Source: Yuukianura sp. NJ FZ-2021 (taxonomy: Eukaryota). From it: a stretch of 64,000 nt of DNA. How positions within the stretch are numbered: position 1 is the first letter of the stretch; every line of letters begins with the position of its first letter. Positions 21,348 through 33,600 of the stretch are shown in pieces. The DNA lies in contig CM102284.1 in NCBI GenBank assembly GCA_046563655.1, positions 3,162,001 through 3,226,000 of the forward strand, written 5' to 3'. Made by a program: the position numbers and the translations under genes. Under the pieces are notes generated by a model. That model ran no database searches. It had not been told where the DNA came from and saw only the letters and a list, made by a program, of their open reading frames with translations.

Positions 21348-22346
21348 ATGGGGTTAGGGGATTGCATTCGAGAAGAGGAAGTGTCACCAGACGAAGCGTT
21401 GGCGACATCGTCATCATCCAACACTACCAGAAAGAAACGAACTTTTGACATTGCGTTTCTTACAGGCCAATCCGACGAGCTGGAACAGTTTAGAAACCAA
21501 TCAGAAGAAAGTTGTTCCGGGGGAAGTTCAGATTCTTCTATTATTGACATTCTTAGTGAACAAACTGTTTCTCCTCCGTCATCCTCAACCAGTCATCTTC
21601 ATGACAGGAAGAAACGGAAGCGAAAGGACAAAAACACTGAAACAGCATTTACCAAGCATAAGATCGAAGACCATCATCATACTCACACACTACCTTCCAG
21701 TGACATGGACACACCTAAAACTGAATTAAACAAGGCTCTATCTGGAACTGAACTCATCATCCCCCAACTAACTTCACCATTCCATTTTCTGCCACAGTTT
21801 AAAAGTGCAGCCCTGACACATTTTGGATCTTACTTACCCGGAGCATCACCATTACCATCCACTCCAGGCTCAAGTTCCGCTAAAAGCCGTCGTGCATTTC
21901 CAGGACACTGTGCAGCAGATCAAAGTACAACGCATCAAAGTCATTTCTACCCGCCGTACAACCCCTTCTTGACCTCTTCATCAGCTTCATCACAAGGTGA
22001 ATCCACCAATCAACATACTGCCGGTCACCCAGTACCCAACCACAGTCCTCCGCTTGCTAATCCCACAACACTTCTTCCTTCATCACTTGCTGCTCTATCC
22101 CTCCCTGCCCAAAACGTATGTGCCAAGTGCAAAATCGGATTTCGCATGACCTCTGACCTCGTGTACCATATGAGATCTCACCATAAGCGGGAGGCTGATC
22201 CACAGCAGAAGCGGCGGGAAGAGAAGCTGAAATGTCCCGTGTGTCACGAGACGTTTCGAGAACGACATCACTTGACCCGTCACATGACAGCTCATGAAGA
22301 TCGAGATGATGAGGAGATAGAACTCGGTAGAAGGAATAAGGTTTAG
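21348..22346 (+). CDS. Single-exon C2H2 zinc-finger protein, PRDM8/ZNF488-like, no PR/SET domain
   Basis: C-terminal pair QNVCAKCKIGFRMTSDLVYHMRSHH..REEKLKCPVCHETFRERHHLTRHMTAH is the PRDM8/ZNF488 signature; N-terminal FDIAFL resembles an eh1 motif. Confidence 0.85.
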   Translation: MGLGDCIREEEVSPDEALATSSSSNTTRKKRTFDIAFLTGQSDELEQFRNQSEESCSGGSSDSSIIDILSEQTVSPPSSSTSHLHDRKKRKRKDKNTETAFTKHKIEDHHHTHTLPSSDMDTPKTELNKALSGTELIIPQLTSPFHFLPQFKSAALTHFGSYLPGASPLPSTPGSSSAKSRRAFPGHCAADQSTTHQSHFYPPYNPFLTSSSASSQGESTNQHTAGHPVPNHSPPLANPTTLLPSSLAALSLPAQNVCAKCKIGFRMTSDLVYHMRSHHKREADPQQKRREEKLKCPVCHETFRERHHLTRHMTAHEDRDDEEIELGRRNKV

Positions 22347-25300
22347 CTAATCAAAACGTAATTGTTAATCATAATAATTTGGTTTTCTGTGATATATCAA
22401 GTAAAAATGAAATCGAAGTGTTGCTGTATTAGTTGGAATTGTGTATTCCTTTGTTATGATAACATTCTTTTAGTATTAATTAAGATATCGATTGAGGTCA
22501 ATTCCTAGGTGAGAGTATTGGAACATTAAAGTGAAACATTCCATTAGTGAGTGGCATTCGCATTAAATGCAAATTACTTCAAATATTGGGCAAATAAAGG
22601 GAAATTTCTTTTCTTTTGTAATGACCAAACTCTTTGCGTCTTGTCATCTTGAGATGTTCCGGTTGAAGCTGAAAATAGATACATTTGATAATGATTATAA
22701 GAATAAGCAGATAATGATTATAAGAATAAACAGAAGGACAAGTTACAAACTGCATTTGATTTAATAGTCGGAGAAGTGCAAACTGGGTGCAGTATGGTAG
22801 GATGAGGACGGGGGAAGTGGATTCGGATGGTTCGTAGGTTGAAAGTGTGTATTTTGTTAGAGTGGCCACAATTCTTGCTTAGAGTGACAGTTAGCAAGTG
22901 GAGAAAGCCGGCTGGAGATAAGAGCTGCTGGTGGGAGTTATGGCACCCACTGCTTTCTCCTCGGCAGAAACAGATTTCACCCGCTCAGCAGCATCCCCTG
23001 ATTACATCTCGATACTTTACGATCCACGAGTTCTCAGTACATCATTATTACTACTGTCTTCCGAAGTACTATATACTTCGTATTGGCAGTTTCATTTTGT
23101 GAGACGCCATACAGGAAGATGGAACTTATTATTAAGTTTAATTGTCACTAAATTCAACGGTTCTTCAATACTTAAACGGTGGGAGCGGAGATGTACTATT
23201 TAATTAACGCTTTTCAGGTTTGAATCTTCCAGGAAACTCAAGGAGCAACATATGTCAACGCAATTCTTCCGTTTTTACCAAGTTTGCTCTTCACGGTGAG
23301 CTTACACTCGCCTTCTTTCTAGTTTTCATGGAAAGTTGCAACCCGAACGCCCGCCTCTACTTTTAGAAATTGGTTTCTACATATGTCAACGTTACCTCAA
23401 AATTGCTTCACAATGTTGGTTGAAATCATGCCATAAAGAAAAACCCAAAAGAAAATCCGGTTGCAAACGATCTGATTTGCATTGAATTGACAAATCTTGG
23501 TTAAAGCCAAGAAACTCTTTATTTCCCTTTCCATTTTTTTCTTGTCCAATTTCTCTGGAAAGGAACAGGACGAATTTGTGCCTGTAGACGCTGGAGTTTA
23601 TTGTACTGTGATTCGCTGGGGAAAGTGAGACTTCGGAGTAGAAAGACTGCTGGAAATTCTGAGGGTGATCTTGAAGAAAATTGGTTCGGTAGAGGTGTGA
23701 GATGAGCTCCTCCTGGGAATTCAATCCAATTAATCCCGTTGACACTCATCCGTCAAGAAACGATGTGAAAGTAAGAATTGGAATGGTGAAAGTACCATCT
23801 CAAAAGAAATGGCTGACGCAGAGATGAGAAATTGATAGGAAGGAACCATATTACTTAGAATGTGAAATTGGAACCATTAGGATGATGAGATGAAATCTCG
23901 AATTCATCTCAGCCTACCACTTTCAATCCCTTGTATTTGCATCATTCCGTCTCCCCTTAGCGGGAACATGAAGATGATTGATCGCCAACCACCACCATAT
24001 TCACTCACTGCCGTTACTTTGCAAATCACAAACAAAAACTTAATAATACTAAAAGTATAACCCTAGACGAGAAATTCGGAGAGATGCTGCATGATTTAAT
24101 ACATGACACGACACAAAATAACATCAAATTATATTTACGCCAAATAAAATAAGTAGCGAAGAATGTTACAATTAAGTGAATGATTTTTAGACCTAAAATA
24201 ATTAATGTGTTGAATTCATTTCGTTGTAAACGAATACTGAATGTAACGTACGCAGAAAAAGAAGCTAAAAAATGTTGTAAACTTGGACGAATTTTTTTTT
24301 CCAATTTGCATTCTCGTCTTTACTTTCTAAGGTCAAAGGCCACGAATAACTGGGAGGATAGTGGTTTACGTTTCTTTTGACTTCCTTTCCCTTGGTTTGT
24401 GCTGTGATGGTTTGAAAGTGAAAGGTTTATTGTTCCTTCCCCAGTGCTTTTCCCCTCCTGCCAAAATTATGTTTAGCACGGAATTATGTAGATGGGGATT
24501 GTGTGTTTCATTTCCATTTTTGGAACTTATTCGTGCAGATATCCCCTCCCTTGCTACTCCACACTGTCGAAGTGGGAGTTATGGACCCTTGTGGACCATA
24601 AAGTGAAAACCTTATCCTGCAGGGTATTATTTATGGAAATGTGGAATATGGTCGGAGACGCATATTCCCATTCTTTCTTCTTAGCTCTTTTCTCTTTTTT
24701 GTTACAGAGAGCCTGGACTTTCTCCTATTTTTTCCTAATGGCCTCCTTCCATATTTCCGCCCCTAGTAAGTTCGAGTATGATTTAGGCAGATGCAAATGG
24801 GAGCGGAGAAAGTATGTCTAGCTGAAGAAGGAAACCTCAAATGCAGATCTAAGCGCTCCGCCCCGTGGTTCCTTCCCATTCAATTTATTATTCCGTCATC
24901 TCTCTCCGTCCGTTCTTTTCTACTTTCTCCAGCCTTGGCATTCCCTTCTACAGAAGCTTTCTTACAAGGAAAAAAACTGGAATAAAGCTATCCCTGTCTT
25001 CAAAGGAAGAGAAGACGAGAGGCAGAGTTCAACTCCACTGAGAATTGAGTCGTAAAATTCAATCAATTCCAGCACACTTTCACTCCTCCACTTCCTCAGC
25101 ACAGACAATCCTAACTATAAGTGTCCAAATTCTGCTCCGAAACAGTCTTGCTTCTACGTACAATTTTATCCTTTGTCCTTACGGAACTTTTGAGCCCTAA
25201 TTCCAGATGCAAGTCTTTTCTTAAGAGAAAGCAGCTCGGTCTTAATCGCCTTCTCCTCGAAATCCAAGTTTCAACTTTGTTCTTATCTGTAGCCACTATG

Positions 25301-27232
25301 GCCACGACAGTTTTCAGGACTAGAGAAGAAAGTCATCAGCGAAACTCATTTTCATTGTGAGTCCTCGGCGAAGATAAGGCTTTCACTTTCACGCTGTTCC
25401 ACAGAGAAAGGCCAAATCCAGGAAACTATAAATCCAACATCTTTGATTTCAATGGCTGAGTCTTCCATAGAAGCGTTTCTTCGTCTTTTGTGGAAAGGGA
25501 AGAAGAACAAAGGGAAAGTAGCAGAGGAATCAGATGGAACGTAATTAATGCAAAGTCTGTATTCTGGAACGGAGGCGGAGGGGCCAAAAGCACATGACTT
25601 GGAAATGAATCAGAATATGCTTCTAACAGGAAAGTCTCAACTGGCATAAATTAAAAACAGCTCCGCAGCGGTTAGCATTAGCAATAGCATTGAATCGCCC
25701 GAATTCAACGCCGGAAAACCCCAGGCCATAGAAACAAGCAAAACCCTGTGGTTATTTAGTTTTATTTTACGTTAATTAACTAGGTATTGCTTTGTAATTG
25801 ACTGAATCCATTAAATAGAATTTGGAGGAAGTTTAAGTTTTTGCATTCTCAAAGAAATAGCAGCAAGAAATATTTCAAAATGTTCTACAAAACATCTCCA
25901 TTCGAAATTAAATTATGAATCTGAAATTTTAAAAGCGAGTGCTGAGTAAGGGCGGGAAGCAGGAATCCCCGCAGGAGTATGTTAGCAGATTCCTAATTTT
26001 AAGGTTGGAAGTGATGCGACTGTAGATTCGAGTTTTTAAACATACAATCTTGGATTTAAGGTCAAAAAGATCAAGAAGGTTCATGATCATAAAGAATGCG
26101 TGGATTGCTTTAGTAGGAACGGGCAGGGTAGGAATTATTGATTGAGGGAAAGCACAAAGGAATAGAAAGAAGAAAATGTTAGATTTCTGGAAGACGAGGA
26201 CTGGAAGTGAAAGTGTTAGTGGCATGTGTAAAGGAATAGATTGGATGATGATTGCACAAAGATTGTCAATTTGTCTCCTCAATATGGGAAGAGCCTCGGC
26301 TCAAAGGAAACTTTCTCTGCACATCGACATGGACTTTCCACCCAAAACACTTTTTGTGTTCATTTCCCAAGGTTGGTGACGCCAAGGGGCTTGGGATTCC
26401 AACAAATCATCGGCCGTCTGCAACTGGACATGACTCAACTTCTTGGAAGAAACCCAACTCACAAAACAACTTCAATCCATTTCCATGTCATCGTTATCAT
26501 TTTAGATAGGAAACTCGTTACTGAGAATACACTTTATAATCTAAATCTGTCCGTCTGTCCGGTTACAAGATTTAATGCGAAACCATTCAGGATATCCGAA
26601 ACTACGTCAAACGGCCTCCAAAACGCTTCTAAATCGGAATTAACGTTAAGCCCATTTGGATAGTCTGCTTTCGAGTACGTATACCGAAAGACATTTGTCG
26701 CCATTCAATTCGCTTAACCTAAAAATCATGCAGGTCAACGTTGTTCGAATTAGAGGTATACCTAATTCAAGCAACAAATACCCTTGGGTGACCGGGTTTG
26801 TTTGAGACGTGCGCCATGCTCAACCTCGAACCAGAAAAGCAAGCTGTTTTTTTTTTGTCGAATTTTTTCCTTCAAGTCACGTTACAAAACTATATTTATA
26901 AAATGGGAATAGCGGAGTCTAATTGCATAACCTGCGCGTGCCAACTTTAAAATTACGCTCGATACTTTGGTACCATAAAAAAAGACTGGTTTATAGGTAC
27001 ATAAGTGTTAGTAAGCAAACACATGCCACCATTTTTAAATACAGCGTTTTCTTGTTGATTACAAACACTGACGGATCATTCTGAGGATTTGGAGTGACGC
27101 ATATAATGGTTTTTACTGTGTTAGTTTCAGTACACAATATACTGGACGACCTCCAAAAGGAGTTTAAATAGACAAAAGAGAAGTGAAGAGATTGGGTTAC
27201 TTTTAGACACTCGACCAGTTCTTGCAAAGCCT

Positions 27233-27314
27233 CAATTACCCTCATTTATGCTAATTAAGAAAACTCCTTAATTGAATTAAGGCCTCGAGCTGCCTTTGAA
27301 GTACACCATTTAAG
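27233..27314 (+). promoter_or_regulatory. Homeodomain-site cluster with a perfect P3 palindrome and a TATA-like box
   Basis: CAATTA 27233-27238, CTAATTA 27251-27257, CCT-TAATTGAATTA-AGG 27266-27282, CATTTAAG 27307-27314; ATG at 27411. Confidence 0.5.
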
Positions 27315-27410
27315 GAGCAACTCTCTCTTCCACCTTGGTCGAATCGTTCGTCGCTTCCTTCCAGGCACACTTGTCAATTTCATTTACGTTTGCATTGAAT
27401 TGCATACGAC

Positions 27411-28221
27411 ATGAAGAGTCTTCTGATCTTTGTTGCTCTCTTTGCATGTAAGTATCATCGAGTTTTGTATTAATTGGCAACTCTAAGATTCCCATTGTAA
27501 TACTTAGGTTACTCTAATACCTTAGAGTTTTGTTACTGTATTTAACATTTCATTGTGTTAACGTGAAATCGTTACAATAATATTTAGACATAGACATAAC
27601 GTCCATGATTACCACTAAAAATAAAAACTACCAACGCCCTTAATTTAATGGACTTAAGTGTGACGACGGTTATTGTGTATTTAATATGATCGTTTTTAAT
27701 TTCAAAGTTGGGCAAACCGCTACACGTGAACCGGATATTACTGAAGCGGTTCGGATTTGTGAACGCGACGTTCCTGCCTTCTGCATTTCTACGACTTGCC
27801 CCCTATTTTGTGATGGGCAAGCCACTGCCAATGGGAAGAGGAACTGTCTAGCGCAGTGTACTGCTGAACAGCGTTGCAGTGTCAAGGTGAATATCGCTTC
27901 GCAGAACATTCGGGGAAACGAGGCTTTGGATGCGCAGAATCGGGAACAACTCATCCGTTGTATCGCTCAGGTGAAAATAAAAAAAAACATGGAAAACATA
28001 ATTAACAGTATGTGAATGTGACTCCTCGTCAATTTCGGTTGCGATTTAATTTGATTTAATGTGGATTCTATGAATGCCGTTATTCTCATGTTACAAAAAT
28101 TTAACTTACGTTTCAGACTCGTGACCCGAACTTCACCCGGACTGGAATGACGCGGGAAGACACTCCTTGGAGACAGTTCCAAACTCCATCTTTCCAAAAT
28201 GCTGTTCGTCCCAGAGGCTAG
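27411..28221 (+). CDS. Orphan secreted cysteine-rich protein, 134 aa, 8 Cys
   Basis: Exons 27411-27447 (MKSLLIFVALFA, donor GTAAGT), 27708-27970, 28117-28221 join in frame (405 nt): signal peptide, then REPDITEAVRICERDVPAFCISTTCPLFCDGQATANGKRNCLAQCTAEQRCSVK..NREQLIRCIAQTRDPNFTRTGMTREDTPWRQFQTPSFQNAVRPRG*. Confidence 0.8.
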
Positions 28222-28672
28222 ATGTCGTGGAATTCAAATCCAATGAAAGAATAAGAATTTGCACAGAATTTAATTTTCATTTAATCTTCATCAAAATACC
28301 CCATCCTCCCCACTCAAATAAACGGTCATTGACTTCTGATTTGGCGCTGATTTCATTTCTCTGGTGTCGTTTTCTTGTTGAAATGGTGCCGAAAATTCGG
28401 TTACAAGCTAAACGCTGTAAAATATTTACAGTTTCCATGCTGGGTTGTGGGATACAATCATCGAAATGCATTAACTTTACAGATTCAGCAAGGTTTAGTA
28501 CCGTATGTATTTCCGACTGTCGTTTTGGTGTGTCGTAGTCAGTACAAACCGTATCTCAACTTTTGCTGTTGTACAAATATATACGGTTTCGTTGCGCGCA
28601 ATTCAGTCAAGGAGCGTACTGTGTAAACGGTAACGAATCAACATCGCTAAATAAGCCAGCATATCCCTTCGC

Positions 28673-28731
28673 GAGATATGAATTTTCAAAATTTTTGGAA
28701 AGTAAACTCAATATTTGAGAATTCATATCTC
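28673..28731. repeat. Short inverted repeat, probable DNA-transposon remnant
   Basis: GAGATATGAATTTTCAAA ... TTTGAGAATTCATATCTC (18-bp arms, 1 mismatch). Confidence 0.5.
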
Positions 28732-30607
28732 CGTAACGGAAGGCGATTGAGACCTAATCTCTTCGCGACAAAGTATTCGAAAATTCGTACTTGTCACACC
28801 CTTCATCAGAATAGTACGGCATCCGAATCAAAAACTTCAAGCGGCAGAATCTAGGCACAAAATACTTAAAACGACACAGTTTGACAGTTTCTTTGAAGCA
28901 TACGTTAAAAAAAAAATTTTAAATGAAAATTTTTGTAAAAATTTCATTTTAAACCGTCATAGCGTAGCAGGGATATGGTGAAGAGGTGGGTGAAGGAAGA
29001 CAGATTTTTTTTTGAAATTTCAAGACTGAGTTAGTACCCAACCTGTTAAAGTAAAACAAAACAACTATTGACGAGGAACCTTGAAGCAATACTGATCATG
29101 ATCAACAATCTAATATATATTTTATTAATAGTAATTAATACGGCGTTTCAAAATATTTCAGACATGTCCGTAGATTGCATAAAGTACATGGTAGTTCAGT
29201 AAATTGTCAAAATTGATATTAGACGATTTTCATCACATTCATTCTTAGAATTCATACTATGAGAAATTGATTTCAAAATTTTCCGGAAGCAACAACATTG
29301 TTAACCAATTACTCGCTTATTACATAACTTTGGTAAAGCAAAATTAGCGTTCTGTAAACCTTCGAAAGCCTTTCTTTCCTAAATATCATCAAAATATGCC
29401 TAAATTTCAGAATTACAATTACACTAATGATAAATAGGAAACGGAACTTAAAACTACTGTGCGCACCCGTTAACATTCGTCGTGGCTTTGTGTAGTTTGA
29501 GAGCCTGCATTCCGATTATGAAACTAAAGTGGACTATTTTATCTTATTTTAATTGGTATATATTAACGAATTTTCCCTAGCTAGCACCTTTAAATTAGGT
29601 AAGCAACACATGAAAAAAAAACAAAATTGATTTTAGATTGATTGGTTTTCGACTCGTAGGAATCACAAAAGCTACTATCTCAGAGAAGCAAAATAGTTTT
29701 GCAAAATTACAAGGAAACGAGCTGGAGGATGTGATGATGACATTGTGTATTTGCAAGGATTAAGAACGGAAATGTTGAGATTCTGAAGAGCATTCAAACG
29801 TTATGCTAGAAAGTACCGGAACCTATCTATAAGAGTAGTTTCGCATTGGAGTTACATATGCCTACTACATTATTCAAGAAGAACTGGTAATAGGTAATGC
29901 TCAAATATGTAGCCATCAAAATTTTTCACGTCAACGTCTGCATCTTCACGTACGTGAAACATGTACGTAAAACGTAATAGTAAATAAAAATATAACTGTA
30001 TTGATTTTATAACTGAAGTTAAGAAATTTCTATTCGCCCAATGTATCAGCGTTTTTGGGGCAGGAGATTTTCAGCTAGAGGTTAGTATAGTTGCTCCGTT
30101 ATAATTTCTTAAACCGGGAAAAAAAAACTTTAAAAAATACGAGCAAATGGAGACGCTGAAAACCTGAAAAGCGTGGGCAATGTAAAAGGTTTCAGGAAAA
30201 TGTGTAATCCACCAAAATTTGCACATTTTGACTCCGATTGGGGTAGCTTCAGAGCAAACAGTTCTAAAAAGTTTGACATACGGACGGTGCTTCGGCCTAT
30301 CGTAACGAGCGTCCTGAAGATGCATGTGTTACGTTGATTAATGTAAATTAACAGGAAATAACTATTACTGTATGCAGCGTAACGAAACCGAAGTCTACAA
30401 AAAATATTTATAATAATTTAAAATCCCGGTTAAATACCTCTATTTTTCGTTCTGCGATTTGGCTTAGTATATAAAGAGTTAATACAATTAGTACGTGCAT
30501 TGATTGATTTGATGACCGCGTAATTATAGAATTGCTCGAAAAGGGTACGTACAAGCTATGAAAGTACCGAATTCCGGGATTAGGTAGGCTTCAGAATTCT
30601 TTTGTCT

Positions 30608-33600
30608 TCAGGAAACAACATGATGTGTGACAAGGGAGATGATAATAGCGAGAAAAATCAGGGCAATGACGGCCATGAGCCCAACCTTGCTCTCGTAGCT
30701 GATGCTGTTCATTTTCTGTTCCAGGACCTGAATATTTACAAATTTCACAATTTACAAGTTATTGTTAGGCTCGTCTGCTGCAGTCTGCGGTTTCCTGTTT
30801 GAAATTGATCTATTATCTTACTTGAGCCGTCGCAGTGAGATTGGTGGCGAAAGATTGTGATGGATGCGATTTGGAAGAACGTGCGTGAATTTCTGGTGTA
30901 GGGAATGGATTTGTAAAAGATATGGCAGCGGAGTATGTTCCAGCCAAGGAATTCCCGTCATCGATGACCCGAATTGCGCAAACTCGACTACTGTAGGCGA
31001 CGCCTCGATCCAATTCTTCAAATTTCAAGGAAAACTGCCGGTTCTCGCCACGGTATACCTAGAAATAAGGAACAAAAAAAATTGTGAAACTGGTTTATGC
31101 TTTACAATTAGCGCAATTTGTATTCTCACCAGTTTAAACTCCTGCTCCTGCTTTTTCGCGATTTGTAGTTGATAAATTACAGTACCGCTACAATTTACAT
31201 CTGACCACTCAAAATGATGTAGCTGAGCATCTTTCTCTAACGTGACTTTTAAACCTAAAATTTAACATTATCATTATGAATAACAATGGCAAATGTCATG
31301 TCTTCCTAATAAACATATTGCTCATTTGATCACCTTTGACTTGAGGTGGTGGTGCTTTAAGGGTAGAGAATCGATACATATCCGAAAAGTGTCCATGTCC
31401 CGCTGAATTAATTCCACAAATACGGAATTGGTAAATTGTATCTTCTGTGAGCCGAGTAACTTTACAACTCGGTAAAGATCCACGGTAGACAACTTGAAAT
31501 TCATCTTGGAATGGATTAATCATCTGCACGATGTATTCCGAGTTTTTTTGAGACGGCTCCGGCGTCCATTTCAACTTTAACCAAATATGCGAACTAGTCA
31601 AAAGTTCCAATTTTGGTGGTACAGGAGGCAATGGTTTCGTTGATACTTTCAGTACAGACGAGAAAGGCCCAGGACCAATGACATTTACAGCTTGAATTCT
31701 AATTCTACACAAGTAATTGAAAGAAAACATGATTCCAGCTTACACTTGCAAGTTGCAAATAGTACACGGTGGAGGTTTTGTTAATTTTGCTTACTTGTGG
31801 TGCACATCGGGCATTAAATTGTCCAAAACATAAGTATTGCTGTAAGAAGTTAGCACAGATTCTCCAACCATTAGGTTGTAATGGAGGATCGGTGATCCAT
31901 TACAAGATGGAACTGCCCAATTTAGTACGATGGAGGAGGAGGTTGGATTGCCTTCCACGTGAGTAACGGCGTCAGGGGATGACGGAGGCATCCTATATCT
32001 TGACGTAGAAGACCAATCGCTGCTGCCAGCACAATTAGATGCCTATTCCAGAAGTCAATTAAAAAATTACGTCCTAAACGCACGCTTTTTTGCCGATGCG
32101 CATTCCGCATCATTTGTAATTGCTTACTTGAAGTCGAAAAAAATAAACTGCCGCCGGTTGCAGATTCTTGACCTCACAAAGTGTATTTGGACCAATGTAT
32201 ACTTGAGTAAAGCTGTCTAACATCTCATTCGGATTTTGCAGAGTCAATGAATTTAGTGATTCGGTGCTCCGACTAGTGTTGTCGGGACTTTGATCATCGT
32301 CATGGTTCGCGGGAAGGCAGCATCCGTCGAGTGAGGTACTTTGCACGTTTGGCATGGCTCCTGAATGAAAGGTAGGAGAAGTAGCTACGGGAGATGATTC
32401 TGAATTTGGTAGTTGACAGAGAGCCATTTGGAGTTTGTACTCCGTCACTGCGGAACCATTGTTCAACGGTTCTGTCCATGTCACGATAGCTGAATGGGAA
32501 CCTTTGGCAGCCACTTTGGGAGCAGTGGGGGGATCTGGCGAACCAGGTCCGCTGATGACCTCGAGTGGATCTGACCAGGGTCCAGCACCAACTCGATTGT
32601 AGGCTCGAATTTGAAACAAGTAAGATCTACCGGGAAGGAGACCATTGACGTAGCACGATGTCTCTTTGCCACGATACGCCTCTTGTGTCAAATTGTCTGG
32701 GGTTGTGCAACCAACTTCGTAGGAATTCACCGGACTTCCACCATCCGAATCCGGAGGTGCTACAGAACAATAGTGAATCTTTGAAGACCTTGCTTATTCC
32801 GTATTCATACAAACTATTGCCTCTGACTTACTCCATTTGAGATGGACGGAATTGGACTTTGGTTTTCCAATTATACGCGGAATGTGACATTTCCCAGGAC
32901 AAACAGGGTCGGTTGTGATGACGCAAGACTCGCTCGGTTCGCTGACTCCGCCTTCCCCAATTGCCAGTACGCGGAGTTGATATGATTGTCCAGGGCACAA
33001 TTTGTCTACCAAAAACTCAGTCTCAGGTCCAAAATAAATCTCTGTAAAGTCACCTTTCCCTTGGTCAATTTCCAAAGAATAGGCCGTCAATGGAATACCA
33101 CCTAAAGTACAAAGTCATTCAAAAATCTCTTCCGAATGAGTAATGATACCGTTACAAATATGTCTCAGTTACCAGTATCTACAGGAGGCTCCCATTTGAC
33201 CTTGAAAGCAGTCGCGTGCGTTTTCCCCTTCAACGTAGGCTTTTGTGGAGGCTGTGGTTGGCCAGGCAAAGTTCGCAGCACAACTTCGTCGGACCACTTC
33301 GAATGTCCCTCTCCATTCTGAAATGTGTATCAAAAAATAAGAAAGGAATGAATTGGCCCGTCGTTTTCTCGGCAAAAGTCTCACGTTGAACTTTAAGTAG
33401 TGTTCAAATTCAAATGGATGGGTATGCGCTTCTTCTTATACTAATCGTAAGTACGAGTCCTAAATGTGCATTTTTCTTACGTGAGCCTTGATACGGAATT
33501 TATACTCGGTGTATCTCTTCAGTCCATCACAAGTGCAATGAGCAGCGTTTCCATTGTAAGCACCCAAATAACCGTGGCCCGTGGTCGTATCTTCCATTTG

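Noticed and set aside
23392-23749. Overlapping minus-strand ORFs of 117 and 76 aa
   Set aside because: No homology recognised, and no partner exons could be assembled.
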